A stretch of 64,000 bases of DNA from an uncultured Verrucomicrobiota bacterium (GTDB lineage Bacteria > Verrucomicrobiota > Verrucomicrobiia > CAZIPW01), in the NCBI GenBank assembly GCA_964541905.1, contig CAZIRU010000004.1, positions 17,588 through 81,587 of the forward strand. The letters are read 5' to 3'. Positions 37,826 to 45,962 of the stretch are shown in pieces; within the stretch, counting starts at the first letter, position 1, and the number at the start of each line of letters is the position of its first letter. The notes below the pieces were generated by a model that saw only the letters and a list, made by a program, of their open reading frames with translations, was not told where the DNA came from and made no database searches. A program made the translations under genes and the position numbers.

Positions 37826-38554
37826 ATGAATGTTGGAATTTATCAGGGGGCTTCAGCGCTTACGGCTCTTGAATGTTGGCAGGAAACGCTTTCGCAAAAC
37901 ATAGCCGCTTCCACGGTTCCCGGGTATAAAAAAGATCAAATTTCCGTAGGTGGTATCGATTATGGCGCGTTAGTGGATGGCGCCAGCTCGGGGGCGGCTT
38001 CGGCGGTCTTGCCGCAAAGCTCTTCGACCGTTTCTTTTGCGCCCGGGACTATCCAGCGCACGGGCAATCCAAACGATGTGGCGATTGATTCTGAGGGTTT
38101 CTTTGTGGTTCGCGAAGCTTCCGGCAAACTGCGCTACACTCGCAATGGCGAATTTGAGATTAATGCCTCGGGGCAACTGACGACTTCTTCCGGAGAGCCT
38201 GTGCAAGGGACGGGCGGGCCGATTTCGCTACTGCCAGATGGGGGAAGCCTTATCATCAATCCGGACGGTCAGCTCTATCAGGGGGAGCAGCTGATCGGCC
38301 GCCTGAGGGTTGTTGAATTTTCTGACAAGAGCGGCCTCACAAAAGTTTCCGGTGGCTTTTACGCTGGCGATGCTTCCCAGCCCGTCGAGACGTCCAATCC
38401 GCGCCTTTCGCAAGGTTACCTCGAGGGCAGCAACGTTTCCGCTATCAACGAGATGATCCAAATGATACAGGTTAGCCGCGCCTACGAGGCCAACCAAAAA
38501 GTGCTCCAAGCCTACGACGATCGCCTTGGGCGCGTTAATCAAACCTTCGTTTAA
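37826..38554 (+). CDS. flgF: flagellar basal-body rod protein FlgF
   Basis: N-terminus MNVGIYQGASAL...NIAASTVPGYKK and C-terminus GYLEGSNVSAINEMIQMIQVSRAYEANQKV. Confidence 0.85.
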   Translation: MNVGIYQGASALTALECWQETLSQNIAASTVPGYKKDQISVGGIDYGALVDGASSGAASAVLPQSSSTVSFAPGTIQRTGNPNDVAIDSEGFFVVREASGKLRYTRNGEFEINASGQLTTSSGEPVQGTGGPISLLPDGGSLIINPDGQLYQGEQLIGRLRVVEFSDKSGLTKVSGGFYAGDASQPVETSNPRLSQGYLEGSNVSAINEMIQMIQVSRAYEANQKVLQAYDDRLGRVNQTFV

Positions 38555-38565
38555 TTTTTAAATCT

Positions 38566-39348
38566 ATGAATCTTGCTCTTTACGCCGCCGCTTCGGGAAT
38601 GGACTCCCAACAGCTCAATCTTAGCAATATTTCCAATAATATTGCCAATGTGAATACGACCGGTTTCAAACGTCAAAAAATCGAGTTTCAAGACATGCTC
38701 TATCAGAACATGAAGGCCCCTGGAGCCGATGCTGGCAACGGTGTCTATACCCCCACGGGTATCTCTGTGGGTAATGGTACGCGTGTGGCTTCGACTGCGC
38801 GGGTCTTTACGCAGGGTGAACTTTCCCAGACCGACGTGAATACCGATATGGCCATCAACGGTAACGGTTTTATAGAGATCCAGATGGCGGACGGTTCAAC
38901 GGCTTATACGCGCGATGGGGGCCTGAAAATTTCTTCGACGGGCCAGTGGGTAAATAACGACGGTCTTTTGGTTCTCAGCGGTTTCCAGCAGGTTGCCACC
39001 GATTATACCGATATCAGCATTTCCAAAAACGGCTACGTGACCGTCGAGTCGTCTGGAGGTTCACAAACCTTCCAGGTGCAACTGACGCGTTTCCCAAATC
39101 CGGCGGGGCTCAAGGCTTTGGGGGCCAATCTTTACGCCGAGACCCAATCCAGCGGTTCTGCAGAGACGGGCAATCCCAGCGAAAATGGCTTTGGCTCGCT
39201 TCAGCAGGGGTATCTTGAAATGTCGAATGTCGATGTGGTGGACGAAATGGTCAACATGATTGTCACGCAACGTGCCTATGAGATTAATTCCAAGTCAGTG
39301 CAGACAGCGGACAACATGCTGGCCCAAATCGCGCAACTCAAACGCTAA
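38566..39348 (+). CDS. flgG: flagellar distal rod protein FlgG
   Basis: MNLALYAAASGMDSQQLNLSNISNNIANVNTTGFKRQ and GYLEMSNVDVVDEMVNMIVTQRAYEINSK. Confidence 0.95.
   Translation: MNLALYAAASGMDSQQLNLSNISNNIANVNTTGFKRQKIEFQDMLYQNMKAPGADAGNGVYTPTGISVGNGTRVASTARVFTQGELSQTDVNTDMAINGNGFIEIQMADGSTAYTRDGGLKISSTGQWVNNDGLLVLSGFQQVATDYTDISISKNGYVTVESSGGSQTFQVQLTRFPNPAGLKALGANLYAETQSSGSAETGNPSENGFGSLQQGYLEMSNVDVVDEMVNMIVTQRAYEINSKSVQTADNMLAQIAQLKR
39320..39335 (+). promoter_or_regulatory. weak sigma-54-like match inside the flgG 3' end, upstream of flgA
   Basis: TGGCCCAAATCGCGCA has correct GG-N10-GC spacing but a poorer fit (5/6 at -24, GCGCA at -12). The C of GC is 14 nt from the flgA ATG, the same short spacing as the stronger sites. 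Confidence 0.25.
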
Positions 39349-40037
39349 TGAATAATATTTCGACAGTACTGTTTTTCGCAGTGGTATGTTGCGCGTGGGG
39401 CAACGAAGGCTCGTTTGATTCCGCCGCACAGGTCAAAGTGCTGGCGGGCGCGCTTGAGCAACACTACAAGGTCTCGGGCAAAATCGAGTTGTCAGCGCTG
39501 GCGAACGTACTTCCCGCGTTGCAAGAGACCCCCACCTCGGTGGAGCTTCTCGATGTCCCTTCTAGGCTTTCATCGAGCCTGCCCGTGCGCGTGCGCTACC
39601 TCAAAGGATCCGACCTTCTCGCAGAGGTGAGTGCTACCTACCGCGCCGCTTTGAATCAAAATGTTTTTGTTGCGCGGTCCCAGCTTGCCAAGGGCCGTGG
39701 ACTTTCCGTGGAGGATTTCGAGGTTCAGCTGTTGGATGTTCTTTCCTTGCGTCAGATGCCTGTTCTAGCGTCTGCTGACGTGACGTCCTTGGCGTTGGTA
39801 TCCCCGCTTCCGGCGGGTGCGCCGCTGACTTGGAATCTCGTCAAAAACAGGCCGTCTGTCCGCAAAGGTTCGCTGGTAGATGTGGTTGCTGAGGACGGAG
39901 GGCTCAAAATTACCACTCGCGCCGTAGCTATGGCCGATGCCTCTTTGGGCGAGGCCGTTGCGCTTCGCAATCTGAATACCCACCGCACATTTGAAGGAGT
40001 CGTTATCAATGAAAATCTTGCACAAGTCCGTTTTTAG
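39348..40037 (+). CDS. flgA: flagellar P-ring assembly chaperone FlgA
   Basis: Signal peptide. The C-terminal part (KGSLVDVVAEDGGLKITTRAVAMADASLGEAVALRNLNTHRTFEGVV) is typical of FlgA. Confidence 0.65.
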   Translation: MNNISTVLFFAVVCCAWGNEGSFDSAAQVKVLAGALEQHYKVSGKIELSALANVLPALQETPTSVELLDVPSRLSSSLPVRVRYLKGSDLLAEVSATYRAALNQNVFVARSQLAKGRGLSVEDFEVQLLDVLSLRQMPVLASADVTSLALVSPLPAGAPLTWNLVKNRPSVRKGSLVDVVAEDGGLKITTRAVAMADASLGEAVALRNLNTHRTFEGVVINENLAQVRF

Positions 40038-40143
40038 CGCCGCAGAGGATACCCCGCGCGCTTCTGCTTCCCGCGTGCGGGCCTATAGTCCCGTTCCTGG
40101 GGCCTCGCTTCCTGGCCGGGGCGCCAAAATTAGCTCAAGCGGC

Positions 40144-40776
40144 ATGGAGAATGTCTTATTGGGTAGCCTTTGGTACACCTTTGTGTTTGGCTGTTTAACT
40201 CTTTTCGCTTTGCCTGCGCAGGCAGAATCTCTGTGGTTGCGCGCGGGTAGCAACGTTTCCAGCCACTATGGCGACCATCGCGCGTGCCGGCCGGGGGATA
40301 TTTTAACCATTATTATCTCTGAAGAGATCGATATTACCGCCACCCAAGAAACGAAGGCGGACAAGGACTCGACCGTCAACGATTCTGTTGCATCATTCCT
40401 GTATGCGAACAGCAATTTTGGGAAGTATAAAGGAGAGATGCCTTCGGTTGAGACCTCTAGCACCAATCAATACAAAGGCAAGGGGAATATCACCGTCAAC
40501 CAGTCTGTCAGCGCCCAAGCGGCGGTCATGGTGACCGACGTTCTTCCCAATGGCAATCTTGTCATAGAGGGGTTGCGTTCGATTATTTTTGCCAACGAAA
40601 AACAGTACATGATGTTGCGTGGAATTGTGCGTGCGGATGATATTTCCGCCAGCAATACCATCGATTCCAATCTTATCGCCAACGCTTATGTGGAAATTAA
40701 AGGCGAGGGCGATCTTTCATCGGCCCAGCACAAAGGATGGCTGCTCAAGCTCAATGACTTTCTCAACCCCTTCTAA
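40144..40776 (+). CDS. flgH: flagellar L-ring lipoprotein FlgH (start uncertain; alternative ATG 40009)
   Basis: Lipobox-like VFGC, then GDILTIIISEEI, NQYKGKGNITVNQS, VLPNGNLVIEG and MMLRGIVRADDIS. Confidence 0.85.
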   Translation: MENVLLGSLWYTFVFGCLTLFALPAQAESLWLRAGSNVSSHYGDHRACRPGDILTIIISEEIDITATQETKADKDSTVNDSVASFLYANSNFGKYKGEMPSVETSSTNQYKGKGNITVNQSVSAQAAVMVTDVLPNGNLVIEGLRSIIFANEKQYMMLRGIVRADDISASNTIDSNLIANAYVEIKGEGDLSSAQHKGWLLKLNDFLNPF

Positions 40777-40794
40777 TTTGCGAATACTCTGCCT

Positions 40795-41883
40795 ATGTTA
40801 AAAAGACTCCTTCCGCTTTGCATTTTTACAGTTCTCTTTGCCCTGCCGCTTTTTGCTGCACGCCTCAAGGACATCACAACCGTCGAAGGTTGCCGCGAAA
40901 ATCAGTTGGTGGGTTATGGCCTTGTGGTCGGCCTAGCTGGTACGGGTGATAGCAATGCGGCCTATACCGTGCAGGCTGTTTCCAACTACCTCAAACGCTT
41001 TGGCCTCTCGATTCCTGCCAGCAACATCAAACCGCAAAACATTGCGGCCGTCATGCTTACAGCTAATATAGGTCCTTTTGCCAAGCCGGGTTCCAAAATC
41101 GACGTGACCCTTTCTTCGATTGGCGACGCCAAGACGCTGCAAGGGGGGGTTCTTCTGCAAACACCGCTGATTGGCGCAGATGACCAGGTCTATGCCGTTG
41201 CGCAAGGACCGGTTGCCGTGGGAGGTTTTTTGAGCGGCACCCCCGGAGCGACGGTGCAGCAAAACCACCCGACGGTGGCAATGCTTACGGGTGGCGCGAT
41301 TGTCGAGCGTTCCATTGACACGCACTATCTCTCCAATGGCACTCTCAATCTTGTCTTGAATGCGCCCGACTATGCATCTGCGGCGCGCCTGGCCGACCGC
41401 CTGAATACGGCGTTCCCGCACAGCGCATATACGCCCGATCCCTCGGTTGTGAACGTCAAGCTTCCGGCCGATTACGCACAATATCCGGTTAATTTCCTCG
41501 CGGCCATCGGAGATCTCGAGATTACTCCGGATACTCCCGCCAAAGTGATTATCAACGAGCGCACAGGTACGATTGTTGCAACCGAATCCGTGAAGCTCTC
41601 TCCGGTGGCCATTTCCTATGGTTCGCTTACGGTCAATATTACCGAAACGCTTAGTGCCAGCCAGCCGAATTCCTTTGGGGATGGCGAGACGGTCGTTTTG
41701 AGCCAGCCCTCGACATCGGTCAAGGAAGTCAAAGGCGGCTTTCAAGCGATTGCCGCAGCGCCGACGCTCGATCGCTTGACGGCGGCCCTCAATTCGCTGG
41801 GTGTTTCCACGCGCGACATGATGTCGATCTTGCAGGCGCTCAAAAAAGCCGGCGCGCTTCAAGCGGAGCTGGTTATCGATTAG
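40795..41883 (+). CDS. flgI: flagellar P-ring protein FlgI
   Basis: RLKDITTVEGCRENQLVGYGLVVGLAGTGD, TLQGGVLLQTPL and the C-terminus ILQALKKAGALQAELVI. Confidence 0.95.
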   Translation: MLKRLLPLCIFTVLFALPLFAARLKDITTVEGCRENQLVGYGLVVGLAGTGDSNAAYTVQAVSNYLKRFGLSIPASNIKPQNIAAVMLTANIGPFAKPGSKIDVTLSSIGDAKTLQGGVLLQTPLIGADDQVYAVAQGPVAVGGFLSGTPGATVQQNHPTVAMLTGGAIVERSIDTHYLSNGTLNLVLNAPDYASAARLADRLNTAFPHSAYTPDPSVVNVKLPADYAQYPVNFLAAIGDLEITPDTPAKVIINERTGTIVATESVKLSPVAISYGSLTVNITETLSASQPNSFGDGETVVLSQPSTSVKEVKGGFQAIAAAPTLDRLTAALNSLGVSTRDMMSILQALKKAGALQAELVID

Positions 41884-41884
41884 T

Positions 41885-42313
41885 ATGTCCTCCGTCGCCC
41901 CCATTTCCTCCCAGACGATAGACCCGAATGCGCTTCGAGACGTCATGCACGGCGATGGCAAAAGCGAGGCTGCGAAGATTGATGCGGCGGCCACGCAATT
42001 TGAGGCGATTCTCATCCGCGAATTTATGGGCGAGGCGCTCAAGCCGATGATTGCGGGCGGTGCGCTCGATGAGGACTACGCAGGGGCGGATACCTACCGC
42101 TATTTTATGGTCGATACGCTTTCGCAATCTCTTGCCAGCCAAGGGGTTTTTGGGATTGGCAAGCAGATTTCTGCGCAGCTTAAACTCCAGCGTGGCACTC
42201 CCATCGAGGATCTGCAAAATTATTCTGGCGTAAATAGCCTTTCTTCGCGGCCGGCGCCTCAAAACGGCACGCCTCTTGCTATAAATCAAAAACCAAATCT
42301 CTCAAATGAATGA
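41885..42313 (+). CDS. flgJ: flagellar rod-binding protein (FlgJ N-terminal domain only)
   Basis: AATQFEAILIREFMGEALKPM is the rod-binding signature. At 142 aa there is no room for a muramidase domain. Confidence 0.6.
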   Translation: MSSVAPISSQTIDPNALRDVMHGDGKSEAAKIDAAATQFEAILIREFMGEALKPMIAGGALDEDYAGADTYRYFMVDTLSQSLASQGVFGIGKQISAQLKLQRGTPIEDLQNYSGVNSLSSRPAPQNGTPLAINQKPNLSNE

Positions 42314-42803
42314 ATCTTTGGAAAGTTTACTGGAGGCGCTTCGCGAGGAGCTGCGCGAATATGGTGCGCTGCGGAATGTCCTCGACGAACAACAGAAGTG
42401 CATCATCAAGCGTTCAGCCGCGGAGGTGACCGCAAAGAATTTGGAACTCAATGGCCAGCTGAGGGTTTGCTCGCAGTTGCGTGAAAAGCGCAAGGCGCTC
42501 ATGCGTTTGCTTACGCAGGCTCATTCTTTGCCGGAGAATGCCACTCTTTCCGCTCTTAACGCGGTATTGCCGCAGCCGGTGCAGCCGCTTTTCAAGGCGA
42601 TTGCGGACGAGATTAACTCAATGATCAAAATCTTGCGTCGTCGGCTGCGTCAAAATCAGGTCTTGCTCTCGCGTACCTGCGAGACGATCGAAGATACCTT
42701 GCGCGTATTCCAACCGGATTCTTTTACAAAAACCTATTCTGCCAAGGGGTCTGTTGCGGTTCGTTTTGGGCCTCTCGGCGGCCACATCCAAGCGGTAGGC
42801 TAA
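42306..42803 (+). CDS. FlgN-like flagellar chaperone (tentative)
   Basis: 165-aa helical protein directly before flgK. The N-terminus LESLLEALREELREYGALRNVLDEQQ resembles the FlgN family. Confidence 0.4.
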   Translation: MNESLESLLEALREELREYGALRNVLDEQQKCIIKRSAAEVTAKNLELNGQLRVCSQLREKRKALMRLLTQAHSLPENATLSALNAVLPQPVQPLFKAIADEINSMIKILRRRLRQNQVLLSRTCETIEDTLRVFQPDSFTKTYSAKGSVAVRFGPLGGHIQAVG

Positions 42804-42806
42804 CGT

Positions 42807-44222
42807 ATGTCGGGACTCATTTCATCGCTTCTGGCCAATGCCAAGACGCTTTCGGCGCAGACCCAGCAGATTTCCACAACCGGCAAAAACCTCCAGCATG
42901 TTGGCGATGAGTCATATGCAAAACAAACCGCCAACGTGGCCGACAGCGGGACGGTCGAAACGGCCTACGGGTTGCAGAGTATGGGGCTTACCGTTTCGTC
43001 GATAACCAGCTCTCGCAACGCCATAATCGACAATCAGATTCTTCGTGAAACGTGGAACAATTCTTCGCTTGAGGCCAAGTACCAGATGTCGGCGCTCATC
43101 GAGTCGGCCTTCGGGGAATCGATCGACACGACTTCGACGACAGGTTCCAAAAGCGGTATTTACGCCGCGCTAGACGATTTTTTCAATAAAGCTTCCGCGG
43201 CTGCGGCAAGCCCGGGCGAGGCTGCCACGCAGCAATCCTTTCTCGAAGCCGCCCAAACGCTTTGCGATCTTGTCAATGGGCTAAACACCTCTCTGGAGCA
43301 GATCGACTCCGACATTGTTTCGAATATTGACGCGAAGACTTCCGATGCCAATACGATTCTCTCCGAGATAGCGACCCTCAATAAAGAGATAGCGCGGCTC
43401 GAGCTGACATCCGGACAGCAAGCGCTCGACTTGCGCGATGCGCGTCAGGCGAAGCTCGAGAAGCTTGCGGAAATAATGAATTTCACGACAAGCACCTCCG
43501 CTTCGGGCAGTTTGGCTATTTCGGTGCTCAGCGAAGCCGGCAGTCCGGTGACGCTTGTGGATGGCGTCAACGTGCAAGGGACTCTTTCTTACACGGGGAC
43601 AAATTACGTTGTAACTTCCGGCAGTACGACTACTAATGTTTCAGTTACCGGTGGTAGCCTTCACGGCTTACATGCGATTCGCGCTAGCACGACCGATCTA
43701 AGCCTTGCCACTCTTTCGGATGATCTGGATGCCCTCAAGAACCAACTTGTTGATTCCGTAAATGGCGTTTATAGCCAAGGAGTTGTGGGTACTCCCAATA
43801 CTTTTTTTGAGCTCAATGCTGCGGGCGATTTGAAGATTGTCGATGGGATCGATGCTTCTACTCTTAAGACAGCAACAGATGGAGAATCTGGCAATACCGA
43901 CATTCTCCAGCAAATAGCCGATTTGGCTTCAGCGTCTTTTGATGGCACCACCGACTATATTTCAGGATCCTTTTCCGATTACTACAATAGCATGGTGACT
44001 TCAGTTGGCCAAGAGATGTCATCTACCGAGACGCTAAAGGAAACAAGTGATTTGGTCCTCAATACGCTTAAAACCCAGCGTGACTCGGAAAGTGGCGTGG
44101 ATACCAACGAAGAAATGACTCATCTGCTTCTTTTCGAAAGAGCTTTTCAAGGGACCTCACGCGTTATTTCAATGTTGGATGACATGCTGAGCATTATTGT
44201 GAACGATCTAGGTCGATTCTAG
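42807..44222 (+). CDS. flgK: flagellar hook-associated protein 1 FlgK
   Basis: The N-terminus ISTTGKNLQHVGDESYAKQ and the C-terminus EEMTHLLLFERAFQGTSRVISMLDDML. Confidence 0.85.
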   Translation: MSGLISSLLANAKTLSAQTQQISTTGKNLQHVGDESYAKQTANVADSGTVETAYGLQSMGLTVSSITSSRNAIIDNQILRETWNNSSLEAKYQMSALIESAFGESIDTTSTTGSKSGIYAALDDFFNKASAAAASPGEAATQQSFLEAAQTLCDLVNGLNTSLEQIDSDIVSNIDAKTSDANTILSEIATLNKEIARLELTSGQQALDLRDARQAKLEKLAEIMNFTTSTSASGSLAISVLSEAGSPVTLVDGVNVQGTLSYTGTNYVVTSGSTTTNVSVTGGSLHGLHAIRASTTDLSLATLSDDLDALKNQLVDSVNGVYSQGVVGTPNTFFELNAAGDLKIVDGIDASTLKTATDGESGNTDILQQIADLASASFDGTTDYISGSFSDYYNSMVTSVGQEMSSTETLKETSDLVLNTLKTQRDSESGVDTNEEMTHLLLFERAFQGTSRVISMLDDMLSIIVNDLGRF

Positions 44223-44259
44223 CCGGTTGGCTTCTGAAATTTTATCGCATGGCCAAGTT

Positions 44260-44275
44260 TGGCTTGTTTCCTGCT
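44260..44275 (+). promoter_or_regulatory. sigma-54 (-24/-12) promoter match upstream of flgL
   Basis: TGGCTTGTTTCCTGCT has exact GG-N10-GC spacing. The site is intergenic. The C of GC is exactly 12 nt from the flgL ATG. Confidence 0.5.
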
Positions 44276-44285
44276 TTAGGAAGCT

Positions 44286-45182
44286 ATGCGCATCACGCAG
44301 AATACGGTTATCAACAGTTTTCTTTCGGGCGTGCAGGATCTAACCGCCGAACAGGCAAAGTTGTATTCTCAGCTTACGACGGGGCAGAAAATAACAACTT
44401 CCTCGGATGACCCTTCGGGTGCGAGTGAGGTCATGGCTTTGCAGAGCGACCAGCGTAATCTCGAGCAGTATAAGGCGAATATCCAAACAGCCTCGGCGAT
44501 TAGCGAGGTGACCTACTCAAAAGTAAGCGCATTGAGCGATTTGGTGATTCAGGCCGAAGAAATCGCCACATCGGCTGACGATTTAACAGAATCAAGCGAA
44601 TACACCTCCTACGCAATCGAGGTGGAATCCTTAATCGAATCTGCCATTGACCTGCTCAACTCGAAATACAATGGCAACTATATTTTTGGCGGCACCGATA
44701 TTGAAAGCGCTCCAGTGGAGATAGACGGGTATGATGCCGATGGAAATATTACGGGAGTGACCTATGTTGGCAATGACGATGCCATTACCGTCAAAATTAG
44801 CGATGGGATTGCCGTTTCGCCTTATTCCACGCCCGAGGACACAAAAAAGCTTGTTGCTACGATCAACAATCTTATCCAGTTGCGCGAGGCCCTTTCACAA
44901 AAAGACCCCGCTGCGGTGGCCACGGTCAACGAGACGCTCCAGTCCGATGGGGATGAGGTGATTGACCAGATGTCGAAATCTGCATCGGTACAGGCGCGAT
45001 TGGAGATTGTTGAAGATCAAATTAGCGCTTCTTCTACTGCGATTACCAATCGTGTTTCTAGCGTTGCGGATGTCGATATAACCTCCGCAACGGTAGAATA
45101 TTACGAACTATACACCTCCTTCCAGGCAGCGATGTCTGCCGGAAGCAAAATGCTGAGCATTTCTTTGCTCGATTACATATAA
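44286..45182 (+). CDS. flgL: flagellar hook-associated protein 3 FlgL
   Basis: Flagellin-like N-terminus (MRITQNTVINSFL...LTTGQKITTSSDDPSGA) and a C-terminal helical region. 298 aa. Confidence 0.85.
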   Translation: MRITQNTVINSFLSGVQDLTAEQAKLYSQLTTGQKITTSSDDPSGASEVMALQSDQRNLEQYKANIQTASAISEVTYSKVSALSDLVIQAEEIATSADDLTESSEYTSYAIEVESLIESAIDLLNSKYNGNYIFGGTDIESAPVEIDGYDADGNITGVTYVGNDDAITVKISDGIAVSPYSTPEDTKKLVATINNLIQLREALSQKDPAAVATVNETLQSDGDEVIDQMSKSASVQARLEIVEDQISASSTAITNRVSSVADVDITSATVEYYELYTSFQAAMSAGSKMLSISLLDYI

Positions 45183-45184
45183 GT

Positions 45185-45200
45185 TGGCATGAGATCTGCT
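45185..45200 (+). promoter_or_regulatory. sigma-54 (-24/-12) promoter match upstream of fliW-csrA-fliC
   Basis: TGGCATGAGATCTGCT has exact GG-N10-GC spacing. It begins 3 nt after the flgL stop. The C of GC is 22 nt from the fliW ATG. Confidence 0.6.
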
Positions 45201-45220
45201 ATTTTACATTTTGTTAACTT

Positions 45221-45664
45221 ATGAAACTGACCGCACCAGCACCGCAAGATGTTGCCGACAAGGCGACGGCACAGCAGCAAATCCAGCTGCCCTCGGGCCT
45301 TATTGGCTTTCCAAATTTCAAGAGTGCCGAGATAGCCTATCGCAAGGAAGAGCATCCCTTTATGTGGTTGCGAGAGGTGGGGGGCGAGAAGATTTCGTTT
45401 ATTGTTGTGGAACCGGCTGGGCTTGTAAAGGGCTACGAAGTCGAGGTGACGGATGCGGATGTGGAGGCCTTGGGGCTCCAGTCTTCCGCCGATGCGCTTG
45501 TCCTTAATATTGCCACGCTGCATACGCAGAAGGGCAAGAATTCCATTTCGCTCAATTTGATTGGGCCCGTTGTCATCAACCGTCGCACTTTGGTGGGACG
45601 TCAAATCATCATCGGCAATTGTCAAAAATACTCGGCGCGTCACCCCTTGTTTGAAACCGAATAA
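45221..45664 (+). CDS. fliW: flagellar assembly factor FliW
   Basis: [18 protein letters not shown]...FMWL...FIVVEP...NLIGPVVIN is the FliW pattern. 147 aa. Confidence 0.85.
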   Translation: MKLTAPAPQDVADKATAQQQIQLPSGLIGFPNFKSAEIAYRKEEHPFMWLREVGGEKISFIVVEPAGLVKGYEVEVTDADVEALGLQSSADALVLNIATLHTQKGKNSISLNLIGPVVINRRTLVGRQIIIGNCQKYSARHPLFETE

Positions 45665-45665
45665 C

Positions 45666-45962
45666 ATGTTGGTACTTTCCAGAAAAGTGGATCAGTCGAT
45701 TATGATCGGCGAGGACGTCGAGGTGCACATCACCCGTATCGACGGCGATGTGGTCAAGATAGGTATAGTGGCGCCGCGATCGGTGCCTGTTCACCGCAAG
45801 GAAATTTTTGAGTCCATACGCGAATCGAACCGCGAGGCGGCTAAGTCCCAGGGGAATGCCGCAACGCTTTTGATGAGCTATGCACAAAAAACTCATGGAA
45901 GTGGCCCCGGAGGCGGCCATGGAAGGAAAACATCCACGGAAGGAGACGCAAAACAATGGTAA
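45666..45962 (+). CDS. csrA: carbon storage regulator CsrA with a C-terminal extension of about 30 aa
   Basis: [47 protein letters not shown] is canonical CsrA. The tail to residue 98 is Gly/Lys-rich and overlaps the fliC start by 7 nt. Confidence 0.9.
   Translation: MLVLSRKVDQSIMIGEDVEVHITRIDGDVVKIGIVAPRSVPVHRKEIFESIRESNREAAKSQGNAATLLMSYAQKTHGSGPGGGHGRKTSTEGDAKQW
45921..45944 (+). promoter_or_regulatory. two GGAAGGA motifs (candidate CsrA-binding sites) in the flagellin translation-initiation region
   Basis: GGAAGGA occurs at 45921-45927 and 45938-45944. The second contains the only SD-like AGGAG, 10 nt before the fliC ATG. Both lie inside the csrA 3' coding extension. Confidence 0.4.

Noticed and set aside
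45221-45955. Search for a sigma-28 (TAAA-N15-GCCGATAA) promoter for fliC within fliW/csrA.
   Set aside because: Only fragments such as GCCGAGATA (near 45325) occur, without a correctly spaced -35. No convincing site was found by eye, and a PWM scan would be needed to be sure.
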